Of a DNA stretch of 64,000 nucleotides, positions 11,705 through 24,182 are shown piece by piece (the stretch's first letter is position 1; every line of letters begins with the position of its first letter). The translations under genes and the position numbers were made by a program. The notes below the pieces were generated by a model. It was not told where the DNA came from. It ran no database searches and worked only from the letters and a program-made list of their open reading frames with translations. Origin of the DNA: Hemiscyllium ocellatum (Eukaryota); contig NC_083431.1 in assembly GCF_020745735.1 (NCBI RefSeq), positions 48,388,496-48,452,495 on the forward strand, written 5' to 3'.

Positions 11705-14289
11705 GCCATTTAGGCTGTATCTTGTAGCATGACCTCCTTTGCCAATTTGTGCCCCTTCTGTGAATCTCCCGTTAGAAAAACAGGGTAAAAACTTCCCACT
11801 CTGTCTCATTGTACAGCTTCAGCAGAGAAGAACCATAGAGTAAGGGACAGGCTCTGTCTTGCAGGGTCTGGAGGTGTTGTGGAGTTGGGCTTTAAATATC
11901 ATGCCAGTGGTATGAATGTTGCAAATTCCCAGCAGCAACGACAACATCTCGTAGTAGTTTTGTAACTTCTAACCTTTTCTACTGATTTACTCTTTTGTCC
12001 CTTGTCAAAATATGTTTATCATTTTCCCAAATTAATACCTTTGCCTCTTGCCTTCTCTCTCCTCTTTGATTTAACATATTTTTCCAAATTTGATCTCTTT
12101 CCCCCACTAACAGTCTGAAAACCTCTCTATTTGTTGCACAGCTCACCAGAACAATGGTCCTAACATGGTTTAGGCTGAGATCATCCCAACAGCACAGACG
12201 TCTCTGAGTCAGTACTGGTTCCACAGCTGTAAAATGTTTACTACACTACCACTACTACACCAATCTTTGAGCCAAACAATAATCTTGCTAATCTTTCTGC
12301 CCCTATGCCAATTTTTATGAGTCTAAAGTAATATTATTCTTTGTGGTTCTGCTTTTTAATTTGATGTCTATTTCAACAAAATGTCCCAGTCCTGCAACCT
12401 CTACCATGATGAAGAACAAGAGTTGCACCGTGACCTGCAAGTTCCCTTCCAAGTTACATCTCAACAGTAACTTGGACCCATTTTTGCTATTCCTTCTTCT
12501 CTGCAGGAACAACATTCTGGAAATCCTACTTAACACCAACAGGAGAACAGCATCATTGAAGGGTTATAATGATTCAAAGAGAATCACAAATATTTTGTCA
12601 AAGAAGTTGAAACTAGATAATGAATGTGATCTTCTACACAACCTGAAAGCACTTCTTTTAAAACTAAGGGCAAAGTTGGGCACTTGCAACTTAAAGAGAT
12701 GTTGATGTCAGATCAAATGATAACTGGTGCTGGTGATGAAGTTGAGATTCTCCTTCACCCTGGGCTGTTTGAATTCATTAGCTTTGATCCATCGCCGTGG
12801 TTCTATTTAACACATTGCTGCAACATGTTCAGAAATGACAGAAAATAGAGGAAAGAAATAGAGGAAAATTGAAGGAAAGAAAAGAGAGCAGTAGAGAAAA
12901 CTTGTAAAGAAATTGTGCTACATGCAAAACAAAATACTGAAACAAATGTGCATATCTCATTCAAAGAGAATAAATAATAAAAAAAGCCTCAAATATTTCA
13001 TTCATGATTGACCATAACAAGCTCACAAACCAGCTCACATCTCATGACTTTTTCACAAAACAATACTAATTAGTAGCTTCCAAATAGGCTTTCAAAGCAT
13101 TTCGTTTTCAGAGGCAAGACTAGCATTAAAATAAGTAGTTACAAGAGTCATTGGTATGCTAAGCAGGAATGTCATAATGCTACAGTAAAATATGTTTTTC
13201 TGCCAACGGGATTAAGACAGATTATAAAGAGCTTTACCCTGCATCTAACCTGTGCTACATCCAACACAGAACTGCCCAATACAAATAGTGAGTGTAAAGT
13301 GCAGAAATATTTTCTGATCAGAAGAAATAAGCACTTTTTCATTAGATGGGAGAGAGATAGGAATTATTGCAGTCAACCTTATAGTGTCTGCACAGCCCGA
13401 AAATTATTCTAGCAGCACTCCAAGAAAAGATGCTTTCTGTCCTCTCAATCAAAGGACAATTGAGTAAAATTTAATCTAAAATAAATTCAAGCCACTTATC
13501 CACTCCTACACTACTGAGAATGTGCTACAACTCTGAAACATATAGTAATACAGGTTTACTGAGACTGCAGTTATTTTCAATGACAGTGAAGAGCTACACC
13601 AGACAGGAGTCCCACATTTATGGAGATTGTTATCTGAAGCCTGCACCACATTCACTTTGATTACTAGTGTGGCAAAATATCAAGCGGGTTCATATAGGAT
13701 TAACACAGTTTCAATTAAACCTGACTTTTAGGTGCTGTGCAAAGTTTGATAAGAAAATCCTCGCATAAGCAGATCACACTCCCACACAGATGTATACATC
13801 TTGGAGATAAACTGTTCAACTTTTTTTTTCTAACCATAACCTGTACATCTGACAATTCATGCACATTAACTTCCTTTTTTTTCTGACATGGGAACTATTG
13901 TTTGCTCATTCAATGCTCCTGATATTGTTAGTCTTAGTGGTGGAGAGAGTGAATATTTACCGGTATGGATGGGGTGACTATTGAATAGATTGTTTCTCAT
14001 TGATGGTCTCAATGCTGTTTTCTAATCTAACTAAAATCTAAACAAACAAATACTCCCATTAGTTTACTGTCGATCGTGAGCAAAATTATGGATCCTGATA
14101 TCAACACTGATATCAAGTAGCCATTACAGAGCAACAAAATGCTCATCACTTGCTCAATGTTGGTTCTGCCAAAGCTGTTTGGCTCTTGACCTCATGTAAC
14201 TTTTATCTAAACATCGACAAATCAGCTAAACTTAATATGAGGCACGAGTGACTACTCATGACAAAAATAGTAGCATTTTACCATTTTTG

Positions 14290-14740
14290 CCATCAAGGAG
14301 ACCTAGCAAAACTGAAATTATTGGAAATCAGGGGAGACCTCTCTACTGACTGAAGTCATACTGGATACAAAGGAAGATGGCCATTATTCAAGCCAATAAT
14401 CACAACCCCAGGTCATAATGATAAGTGTTCCCCTTGGAAGTGGAGTTATGTCCAACCATCTTCAGCTGTTTTATCAGTTTCCTTCCCTCCATCATGATGA
14501 GGTCAGAAGTGAGGATGTGGCTGAGAATTGCAGAGTTTTCAGGACTATTCATGAATCCTTTTACCTGTATAGTGAAACAGTCTGTAAGTTTTGCAGCAAA
14601 AACTGGATAGCATTCAGATAATTGGCAGGTAACATTCACCCAAAACAAACTCCAGGCAATGACTATTTCTGAAAAGAGAGAATCCAGCCATTCCTCTTTA
14701 ACATTCAATGGCATTTTCTGAATCAGGATTCTCAACTATA
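14290..14740 (+). mobile_element. CR1/L2-clade LINE RT fragment
   Basis: ccaaccatcttcagctgttttatcagtttccttccctccatcatgatgaggtcagaagtgaggatg (PTIFSCFISFLPSIMMRSEVRM); same family as 4705-6227. Confidence 0.65.
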
Positions 14741-15014
14741 CTGTAAAATGGTAGACGACTGCAGTTTAACTGTCAATCAGCCTTTAAGCAGACTGCCTTT
14801 TTGATTCATCCACCTACCTGATGCTGATTTCCTCTTTCCACCTGCTGGCTGATACAAATCTCCCAATAGAATATCTCCCTCCCATATTCTTAAACCTATT
14901 TTTTTTTATCTTCTAAAAGTTCTCCCAACTCAAAAATTGGTCCTCAGTCTTGGATTCCTGTTCTTACTACTTCCAAACAGCAATGTTGGATTGCATAGCT
15001 CAACAGTATAAGAT

Positions 15015-15280
15015 CATAACAAAATAGGAACAAAACTAGGCTGTTCGCTCCCTCAAGTCTACTCCACCATTCAACAGGACTATGTCTAATCTGACACTCC
15101 TCACTTCCCACTTTCCTGCATTTTCCCTGTGATCCTTGATTCTCCTACTGATCAATAATCTATCTCAGTTTAATGTACACAAGGACTCTGCCATCACAGC
15201 TCTTTGTGGCAAGGACTTCCAGAGATTCTCAACCCTCTGAGAGACAAAATTCCTCCTCATCTCAGTCTTAAATTGGTGCC
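15015..15280 (-). mobile_element. CR1 3' tail
   Basis: cataacaaaataggaac...ccaccattcaac...aaattcctcctcatctcagtcttaaat. Confidence 0.65.
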
Positions 15281-17559
15281 CATGTTTAGAATTCCCTCCC
15301 CTTACCTTTTCACTTTTCATCAAGATTTTTACTTTCATGTCTATAGTTCAGCATTTTTGTTTCCTTTTGCTTTTGTGAACACCTGACAATACTACATTAA
15401 AAGATATTACATACAAAACAAACTGTTTTTGTTGTAACTCTGAGGATATTACAACTACTCAGTAAACAATGGAAAATGAGGGACACAGGGCAAGTAAAAT
15501 ATCAATATTGACATAGGCCACAGGCAACGGCATATCTACAAATTCTCCCATTACTGCTATGGAGACTATGGTGTAAACTCCAAGGAAGATATCACAGTTT
15601 GTTTGATTTCATTAAAAGGAGAATAATGATGAGCACCTATCTGACAGAAGTTCTGAAATGTTCTACATCAAATTAGTGGACTTAATGAAGAGATGCCCTT
15701 AATATTATGTGGAGTCTTTCAGTGGTAGTTCTACATCGTATGCATCTGAACAAGTATTGGTAAATGTTATCACTGAAATCCTCGAGTCCACAATAACAAC
15801 AGCAATGCAAATCCTAATTGTTAAAGAAGGCTATCAGGCACAGTTTCTGAGAAAGGGAGGGGATCTGAACATTCCATATAAGTTGCAAAGTGACTACACT
15901 GCCACTCACAGTGATATTCCTTCATTTGGAGAACACAAATTTATTGAGAGTCTGAGCCAAATGCATATTAAAGCCATATAGTACTAACACTGCACAATTA
16001 TTCAGATTCATCAACCAACATTTTTTAGTCTATGATTCTTTCATTAAACAAACAAGATCTTGCTATCCCAAAGCAAAGTACATCGCTCTTAAGACTCTGC
16101 AACGTGATGATTGGAAGAAGTATTAATGTTGAAACTCATGCCAGTTTTCGCTGTCACTTGGAATACTCTACAGATGACTAACTGCCTAAGTATATTTTAT
16201 GAAACAGATGGAACGCCTCAATCTCAGTCTCCCTCCTGAACTCCAGCATCCTCACTATCTTGGCTTAATATGGTGGTTATTTTGCTACAATAAATCTACT
16301 TACCAGGGTAATACCTGCTGTGAGCACTGCCTCCCTAACACTTTACCACTTTCAGCCTTCTTCAGTTTCTTCCCTGAAACATAACTACTGACAGCTACAT
16401 TTTTCACACTTACATTTTGAAAAACATCATTTGTTGTACAACGGTAATGCTTCAAAAGCATGCATACATTTGTGGATTGCTGCATCAATGCATCACAGGA
16501 TCATTAATTAGTTTAAAACAAATCACTTATTCACTGTGCCTTTTAACTCAAGATTATGAATACACATAGCTGTGGTAAATGCAGACACAACAGTCCTGTC
16601 ACATATTCCACTTGCATTACATCTCTTCATATGCCTTCCATTACGCTAATGCTACCAAGTAAAGCAAATGCATCTTTTCATTTCTTAAGGAAAGCAAATG
16701 TCAACAGAGAATTTTCATCTTCATAAGGTCATTCCAAATGGAAAATCTGCTTGGATCCATCTAAGAAAGTACTGGTGAGGTGAGAATATAGCAGAGAAAA
16801 TAATGAAAAGGAATAGAAAAAGAAAAGCTATATACTTGAAAAAGTAAGTTTCCAAAGAAACTGAAATGAATATTGACATATGCAAATCTTCAGCTTGGTT
16901 AGTCAACAGACGCTGCTAAAGAAGTCTGTCAGTTCTACTCTAGTAATCTGTTCAATGTTAGTGCACTGAGCGAATGATACATTTGCTAAACAGGAATATT
17001 TTACATACAGTAACGTGCTTGTCAGTCCTCAAGATTCATTGTAGCAATGTACTACTCAAGCCTGCAAGTGATTCTAAATATTACATACAACTGCATCAAG
17101 TTGCCTGCGAGGCTGGAATCCAAAGCATAAAATTTCTCATTGATAATTAGTTTTCTAATGTTGCATAAGAAACATTCAAATTCCCTTCAATTCCTTCCAA
17201 AAATGCTGATATATTTGTTGCATTTGTACAAATAACAATGGTTTAAAATATCTAAAAACCAAATATTGAAGTACAATTTTTCTCCTTACCCATTTATCAT
17301 CATGACTGAAATTACATGGAAAACTTTTAGTGATTCTAAGTAACTGGACCCAACATGGCCACCATTTTTCTTTGACGCCCATCAGCTGAGTAGGATGGAA
17401 CTATCTGTGAGAAAGGAGACCGGACTACTTGATTGGGTTATTTATCAGAGAAAGAACAGCAGATGTACTATTTCTTACTCAGTTCCTTCATGTCCAAGTT
17501 TTGGATATGTCCTTGTCAGAAGACTCCAATTCCAAATGTTCCATGTTGACTTTGATATT

Positions 17560-17650
17560 AGCAAGCTTTGAGAAGATTTATAACTCAGGTTGAGGTGACA
17601 AAACGTCTGGAAATGAACCTTCCAGCCTAGTGAGCAAACCTACATCCATC
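17560..17650. mobile_element. Tiny Penelope terminal remnant with inverted tail
   Basis: gaagatttataactcaggttgagg (same as 28537-28560) fused to gtgacaaaacgtctggaaatgaaccttccag (same as 21131-21160). Flanked by tgactttg(a/c)tat repeats. Confidence 0.65.
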
Positions 17651-17827
17651 CATGACTTTGCTATGTTTTGAGACCTCTACATCCCTGGTTCCCGCTGTAG
17701 CAAAGCCTTTGCAGTTAGTGATTCACTTAATCCATCACACCTCTGTGAGTCAGAACTCTGAGGGTCAGGATATATACTTAACAAAGATGCTTGGTCTAAA
17801 GAAATCTGAAAGATTATAAGAATCTTG

Positions 17828-18250
17828 GGGCTAAATCTTAGCAGAAATTGGCTGCGTCAGTTTTGGCAAGATTCATGGAGGGCTTCTCTCTATAACCCCT
17901 AACAGATTCTCTACGCTATTTTCTCAAACTCATCTCATCGTCTATGCACCCAGCTCAATACCACCCACCTGTTGTACTCTCCAATTCACTGCAGTCAGAA
18001 ATACTCACTAAAACCAGGACTTCCTGGGCTTCCTGTTAATGCAGCATCTTTAACACTCCATTGTGCACCTGGTCAAGCACTGGCAGTTTGCACCTGCCTT
18101 GAAAGGTTTCATTTTATTTGCCACGAACATGTTAGAGGTAGCGTAAGTAACGTCTCATTTTATCATCAAGGACCTGGAGGTCCTGCTGAATGTGGACTCA
18201 TTATCCATGGGGCATTCTCTGAGAGATTGATGACTGATGGTAGTTGAGAA
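17828..18250 (+). mobile_element. Harbinger left end with start of Myb/SANT gene
   Basis: Starts GGGCTAAATCTT, similar to 35259 and to the reverse complement at ~43946. SHFIIKDLEVLLNV resembles the RFxxxDLEVLL start of Myb/SANT proteins. Confidence 0.5.
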
Positions 18251-18294
18251 GAGCAAGGGCAAACAGGAGTCACTAGGTTACTACTTTGACTTTT

Positions 18295-18616
18295 GGCAGC
18301 ACGATGGCTCAGTGGTTAGCACTATTGCCTCAATTCCAGAATGAGGTAACTATTTGTGCAGAGTTTGCACATTCTCTCTGTGCCTACGTGGGTTTCCACT
18401 GGGTGCTCCAGTTTCCTCCACCAGTCGAAAGATGTGCTGGTTAGGTGGAGAAACCATGCTAAATTGCCCATAGTGTCCAGGGATATGTAAATTAGGTAGA
18501 TTAGCCAGAGTAAATACAGGTTACAGGGATAGGTGGCTCAGGGTGGGATGCTGTTCAAAGAGTCACTGCAGAACTGATGGGACGAATGGCGATATTTTCA
18601 TTTTAGTGATTCTATG
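18295..18616 (+). mobile_element. HE1/V-SINE (older)
   Basis: ggcagcacgatggctcagtggttagcac head, V-domain and tail. Confidence 0.85.
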
Positions 18617-19462
18617 TCAGGAAGTGTTGCTGTCTTGCTTTCATGCAGCAGTCAGGAAACTATGCATTAGTTGAGCAAGATAATGTCATAATGAAGATGC
18701 CAATGCATTCAAACAGGCCTCTTGCCACTCAGAAATAAGAACCTCATGTCACTATTCAACTAGTATTCAATAAGTTCACCATGCCACTTCCTAATTTCTA
18801 TATCAGCAAAACTGAACAACTCCATGCTAGCACACTGACAATAGCTTTGTAGATCTTTAGTTTCAATCGCAGAGAGAATGTCAAAGAATTATGAGGGAGG
18901 GCAATGGAAGCCATGTTGGAAAAGCTACATTCCTCATACTGGGAAACTGTCCAAGGGGTGAACTATGATGCAGATCATACACATGAAGGCTGTCAGTTCA
19001 ATAGAGGTTGCCTCCTTGCAGCAGATCAGAAGAGGCCATTAAAGTTGTAAGCACAATGCCTCATGACAGGACCACACGCACAAAAAGCTACACCTACAGC
19101 CCAAATGATTCAGCTTGAGGACCTGTTTCCCTCTGCTCAAGGGGAACATATAGCTTTGGCCCTTTCTAGCAATACCAGAGGTGTACCTACACATAATGGA
19201 TTGCAATCATTCAACATGGTGGCTCACCTCCATCTTCTCAAGGGCATCTAGAATTGGGTAAATATTAGCATTGTCATTAATGCTCATATTCAAAGAAAGA
19301 GCAATTAAATCCATTAACAGGTTTTATTGTTTCCTCCTATTTCATTATCATCATGTAGGAGGATATCATCTGTAGTGATAAAGTCGTTCAAATGCAGTTT
19401 ATAAAATATCAAAAATAGTTGAACTCATGAGGAGGTTGTGTGCTGGCCATCACATAATTATA

Positions 19463-19684
19463 TGTCGAGAGTGTGGTGCTGGGAAAGCACAGCAGGTCAG
19501 GCAGCATCAGAGAAGTAGGAGAATCAATGTTTTGGGCATTAGCCCTATATCATGCCTGATGAATGGCTTATGCCTGAAACGACAATTCTCCTGCTCCTCA
19601 CATTCTGCTTGACCTGCTGAGCTTTTCCAGCACTACACTCTTGACTCAGATCTCCAGCATCTGCAGTACTTACTTTCTCCACCG
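19463..19684. mobile_element. Fold-back hammerhead-bearing element
   Basis: Inverted arms around cctgatgaatggcttatgcctgaaacg; flanked by taattata at 19455-19462 and 19687-19694. Confidence 0.8.
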
Positions 19685-19694
19685 TGTAATTATA

Positions 19695-21184
19695 CCTGGA
19701 ACACCAACTTATAGATTGGCCAAAGAACTACACCAAAGACCAAAACACTTAGAAGAAGACTCACACCACTCCATCCACTCCACCCAAGAATTCCTGATGA
19801 CCAAAGACACTAAGATAGAAGAGGATGAAATAATGGTTTCCTTTGACGTAACAGCTCTTTCACATCCATCAACATCAACCTGGCCAAGGAAACATTGACT
19901 ATACTGTTAAAAGACCCAAAGATACATACACCCACCACAACCAACTTCATCAACAAGGACAGAATCATTAAGCTAGTGGACCTATGCCTTACCACCCACT
20001 TCACCTTCAACAACAAAACTTACAGACAAACCAATGGAAAACCCATGGGATCTCCGATATCTGGGCTCTTAGCAGAGACAGTAATGCAGAGACTCGATAA
20101 AGCAGCTCTACCAACATCCAAACCCAACTTTGGGTCAACCAGAATACATGAACATCAACTCTGGTTTAGTTTTGTCATTAGTAAATGAAACAAATTAGAG
20201 GAAACCTTCAAGACCATCAATAATACCCTTACTGGCATAAAATTCACTAAAGAGGAGGAAGCTGCCATTCCTAGATGTCACAGTAGAGCGAACAGCCAAC
20301 TGGGAACTTCAAACCAGCGTAAACAGGAAAGCAATACATATGGACCAAATATTGAAGTACAGAAACAATCATCCCAACATCCATAAGGAAGATGCATCAG
20401 AACAACATTTCAAAGAGCCACCACAAACTGCAGCACAGAGGAACCAAGCAGAGCAGAGGAATATCACCAAACCGTGTAATCAAGAACAATGGGTCCCTAA
20501 TGAACACAGTTTAAGCAGACAAAACACGTCCAGAAACCCTAGCCACTCTACCCTACATCAAAGACATTTCGGAAATGACTACCAGACTACTCAGACCTCT
20601 TGGCATCATGGTCGCCGACTCACCCACCAACACCAATAAAACAGCAGCTAATGAACTTGAAAGACCCTATACAGACAACAAACAAACTAATGTCATGTAC
20701 AAAATACTGTGCAAGAACTATAACAAACACTATATTGGACAAACTGGCAGGAAACTAGCCACCAGGATACACGAACATCAACTAGCCACAAAACGACATG
20801 AACCTCTCTCACTAGTATCCTTACATACAGATAAGGAAAGACACCACTTTGACTGGGACAATACATCCACCCTAGGTATAGCCAAACAGAGACATTCACA
20901 AGAATTCTAGAAGCATGGCATTCCAACCGGAACTCTGTCAACAAGCACATTGACTTGCATCCCATTTACCACCCTCTGAGAAAAAGAACAGGAAATAACA
21001 TTACCATTGGAAATGATGCCACCACAGGAAATGACACCACCAACCCATGGAAAACCAAACATATAAATAGAAAGCAGGAAATTCCAACAGTGCTTTGTTC
21101 GGAGGCTCACTGAGGATGTTACCTAGTATGGTGACGAAACGTCTGAAAACGAACCTTCCAGTTCAGCGAGCAAACCTGCATCCA
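19695..21184 (+). mobile_element. 5'-truncated Penelope-like retroelement (RT + GIY-YIG + terminal repeat)
   Basis: MVSFDVTAL, LVDLCLTTHFTFNNKTYRQTNGKPMGSPISGLLAE and NVMYKILCKNYNKHYIGQTGRKLATRIHEH; frameshifted. TSD-like tgtaatt(a/g)ta at 19685 and 21185. Confidence 0.93.
21107..21146 (+). ncRNA. Minimal type-I hammerhead ribozyme, core intact
   Basis: tca-CTGAGGA-t-GTTACC tagtat GGTGAC-GAAA-C-GTC-tga. All invariant core residues are present, with a 6-bp stem II, palindromic ACGT mini stem III and stem I tca/tga. Confidence 0.75.
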
Positions 21185-21213
21185 TGTAATTGTATGTCAA
21201 TATTCCAAAACTA

Positions 21214-21490
21214 AAACTTTAGATGGCATAGGCTTAAGGTGAGACGGGACAGATTTAAAAGAGGCCTGGGGTAACTCTTTCACATAGAGGATAATGCATA
21301 TATCGAATGAGGAGGAAGTGATAGATGCAGGTAGTTACAACATTTAAAAGACATTTGGACAGGTACATGGATAGGAAATATTTAGAGGGCTGTGGGCTAA
21401 ATGCAGGCAAATGGAACTAGTTCATTTGGTCGGCATGGATGAGTTGGACTAATGGATCTGTTTCTGTGATGTAGGAGTCTACAACTCTAT
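21214..21490 (+). mobile_element. CR1 3' tail
   Basis: Homologous to 33260-33552. Confidence 0.85.
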
Positions 21491-22600
21491 ATTCTTCATA
21501 CTTGTATCCCAACCTGTTGTTTTCTTTATCATTTCTAATGAAAGTTTTTTTTTGTGACGCTGTGACCAAGTTGGAACAGAGTACACCTAGTAAAACTTGC
21601 ATCTGTTTGGATTTCGAGATAGTTCCTGCTATATATCTCACTTCATTAAAGCTCTTTTCATTGTTACACCTTACAGTTTAGTTGTGAAAGGACACATTCA
21701 TTATTTAAGGCCCATTTCCCTTCCAAATACTGTATGTACTTTGAGCTAAACAAATTCCTTTTGCATTTATTTCTTCAAATTTGTTTATAATGTTTCACAT
21801 GTACCTGCGCTAAAATCTATGTCCTGTCTCTATCTAATTAAATAACAACTAAATTCTTCTTAAAATCTATTTTTAAATTTAGTCTCTCTGTTTTTTATAA
21901 CAGTCTGCAAATTTGGATAAATCGTATTTCCCAGAATGTCAAAACGACTGATTTATTTACCTTCATTAAAAATTACTTTCACTTCTAACCTGTAAACTGT
22001 TAACTAATCAGCCAATAACTATCTACTAATCTACATACACCAAGAATGACTGAATGGTCGAAGATTCTGTGTTCAAATCATTGTCTTCTCTGGAGATGTG
22101 GATTCAAATGCCACTTCCTACATTTAGGAAGAAAACCTTATTTTATTGTAACAAGTAGTTAGGCCATAGAATACACAACCTAAAACTGTGGTGGTAGGGG
22201 GTGGCAGGTTCAATCATGTTTTTCAAAAGAAAACTGGATTATTATCTGACAGAAAAATGTTAAGGTTATGGGGGGAAAGGAGAGCTAGTGTCATTAGGTG
22301 AGTGGCTCCTGCAGCGAGCCACTACAGACATGATGAACCAAATTACCCCCTTCAAAGCTATAATCATGCTTTGAGTCACAGTGACATTTTCGGGCCAAGA
22401 ATTACAAAGTCCACAAATGGCTAACGCTGGTTTAAACTGCTTTTTGAATACAGAAGGTAACTCTGTTTTTCTTCCCAAAGATGCTGCCAGACCTGTTGTG
22501 TGTTTCTAAGATCTTTTGGTTTTAGTTCAAGCTTTTCAGCTTCCAGAGTATTTTGCATTCTTAATTTTTTTTTAGCTACCCCTGACATGAAACAAACCCA

Positions 22601-23170
22601 GGAGAAAGTGAGGTCTGCAGATGCTGGAGATCAGAGCTGAAAATGTGTTGCTGGAAAAGCGCAGCAGGTCAGGCAGCATCCAAGGAACAGGAGAATCAAC
22701 GTTTCGAGCATAAGCCCTTCTTCAGGAAGGCCCATCTCCCTTCCAAATAGTTGTTTGCCAACTTCTACTGGAGCTAAAGGGGGCAGACTGCCAATTTGCA
22801 ATAGATTATGGTTGGACAATGTGCCTATCGTAGCTAAAAAGTGCAAGTGTATGCAATGTGTGAGTGCATGAAGCTTGTAACAGTGCTAACTGTGGGAGGG
22901 TGAGATAAGGCATATGAATCTAAGGGCCAAAGACTAATTGATCATGTTTTCTTGTTGGTGAGTGTTGGAGCTGCCCATGACAGAGCAGCATAAAATGGTC
23001 GACGAAAGCTCTGACAAGTTTTGTAGGACATGCTTAACAGAAATGAGACAGTGTGGGAAATCTTTGCCTAATGTAATCTGAAAAAGGGCTTATGCCCGAA
23101 ACATCAATTCTCCTGCTCCTTGGGTGCTGCCCGACCTGCTGCGCTTTTCCAGCAACACATTTTTCAGCTC
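22601..23170. mobile_element. Fold-back hammerhead element carrying a captured 331-bp local segment
   Basis: Left arm 22601-22726 and right arm 23078-23170 are inverted. 13-bp TSD tgaaacaaac(c/t)ca at 22588-22600 and 23171-23183. Insert 22749-23079 duplicates 23852-24182. Confidence 0.85.
22698..22725 (-). ncRNA. Minimal hammerhead core in fold-back arm
   Basis: The minus strand reads CTGAAGA a GGGC ttat GCTC GAAA C GTT. Confidence 0.6.
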
Positions 23171-23851
23171 TGAAACAAACTCAAGCAGGGATACAGCGCT
23201 TCCACAAATCACTTTTCATTAAGGAACCCAAACAAAAAAACTGAAAACGATTTTTAAAAAGTCCAAAACACCGAGGTCATCTTAGTCAAGTCACCGGCTC
23301 AGACATACTTTATAAATTTTCCCCGAACTTGTCTGCATGGAAGTGACTGTGGTTTAAAATGGCTAAACCCCTAAAAACAAAGATACACAATTATCTTGGA
23401 CCTACTCATTGCAATGCACATCAGCAAAGGAACCTATACTCCTAGTGGCTAACTAAAGGGAATCAGCATCACAGAAAGGGAACTGCATTATGGCTGCAAG
23501 ACGAGATATAAATTTTTCAAAAAGCAAACTTAGGCTGAGATTCTTCAAAGAATAGCTGATCAAACAACAGTATGAGCACCAAGGTTTTCTGACACTGTAC
23601 TGGAGGTCTTCAAAAAATTTGTAAAGAAATCTGTCGTAACCATAGGGCAGCAAGAGCTTTCCATATATATGTTCAAAAAGTGACAAAAAGAAGTAACAGA
23701 GGAGGTTAATGCCAGGAGTGTTGCTGCAAGAAAACTCAAACACTGCAGGAAGAAGTTTACAATCTGCCATGTGCTGCCAAGGTGATTAATTCCTTCATGG
23801 GGTTAAATCTGCAGAAGTGCTTGTCCTTTTCTGCTCTTTCTTGCTGCCTTC

Positions 23852-24182
23852 AGTTGTTTGCCAACTTCTCCTAGAGCTAAAGGGGGCAGACTGCCAATTT
23901 GCAATAGATTATGTTTGGACAATGTGCCTATCGTAGCTAAAAAGTGCAAGTGTATGCAATGTGTGAGTGCATGAAGCTTGTAACAGTGCTAACTGTGGGA
24001 AGGTGAGATAAGGCATATGAATCTAAGGGCCAAAGACTAATTGATCATGTTTTCTTGTTGGCGAGTGTTGGAGCTGCCCATGACAGAGCAGCATAAAATG
24101 GTCGACGGAAGCTCTGGCAAGGTTTGTAGGACGTGCCTAACAGAAATGAAACAGTGTGGGAAATCTTTGCCTAATGTAGTCT
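23852..24182 (+). repeat. Probable source copy of the 331-bp duplication
   Basis: About 12 mismatches versus 22749-23079 by manual alignment (~96%). Confidence 0.92.

Noticed and set aside
23078-23105. Active hammerhead in the right arm (also 19557-19584)
   Set aside because: Core mutations (G8 to A at 23083; U16.1 lost in the 19557 copy) should inactivate them.
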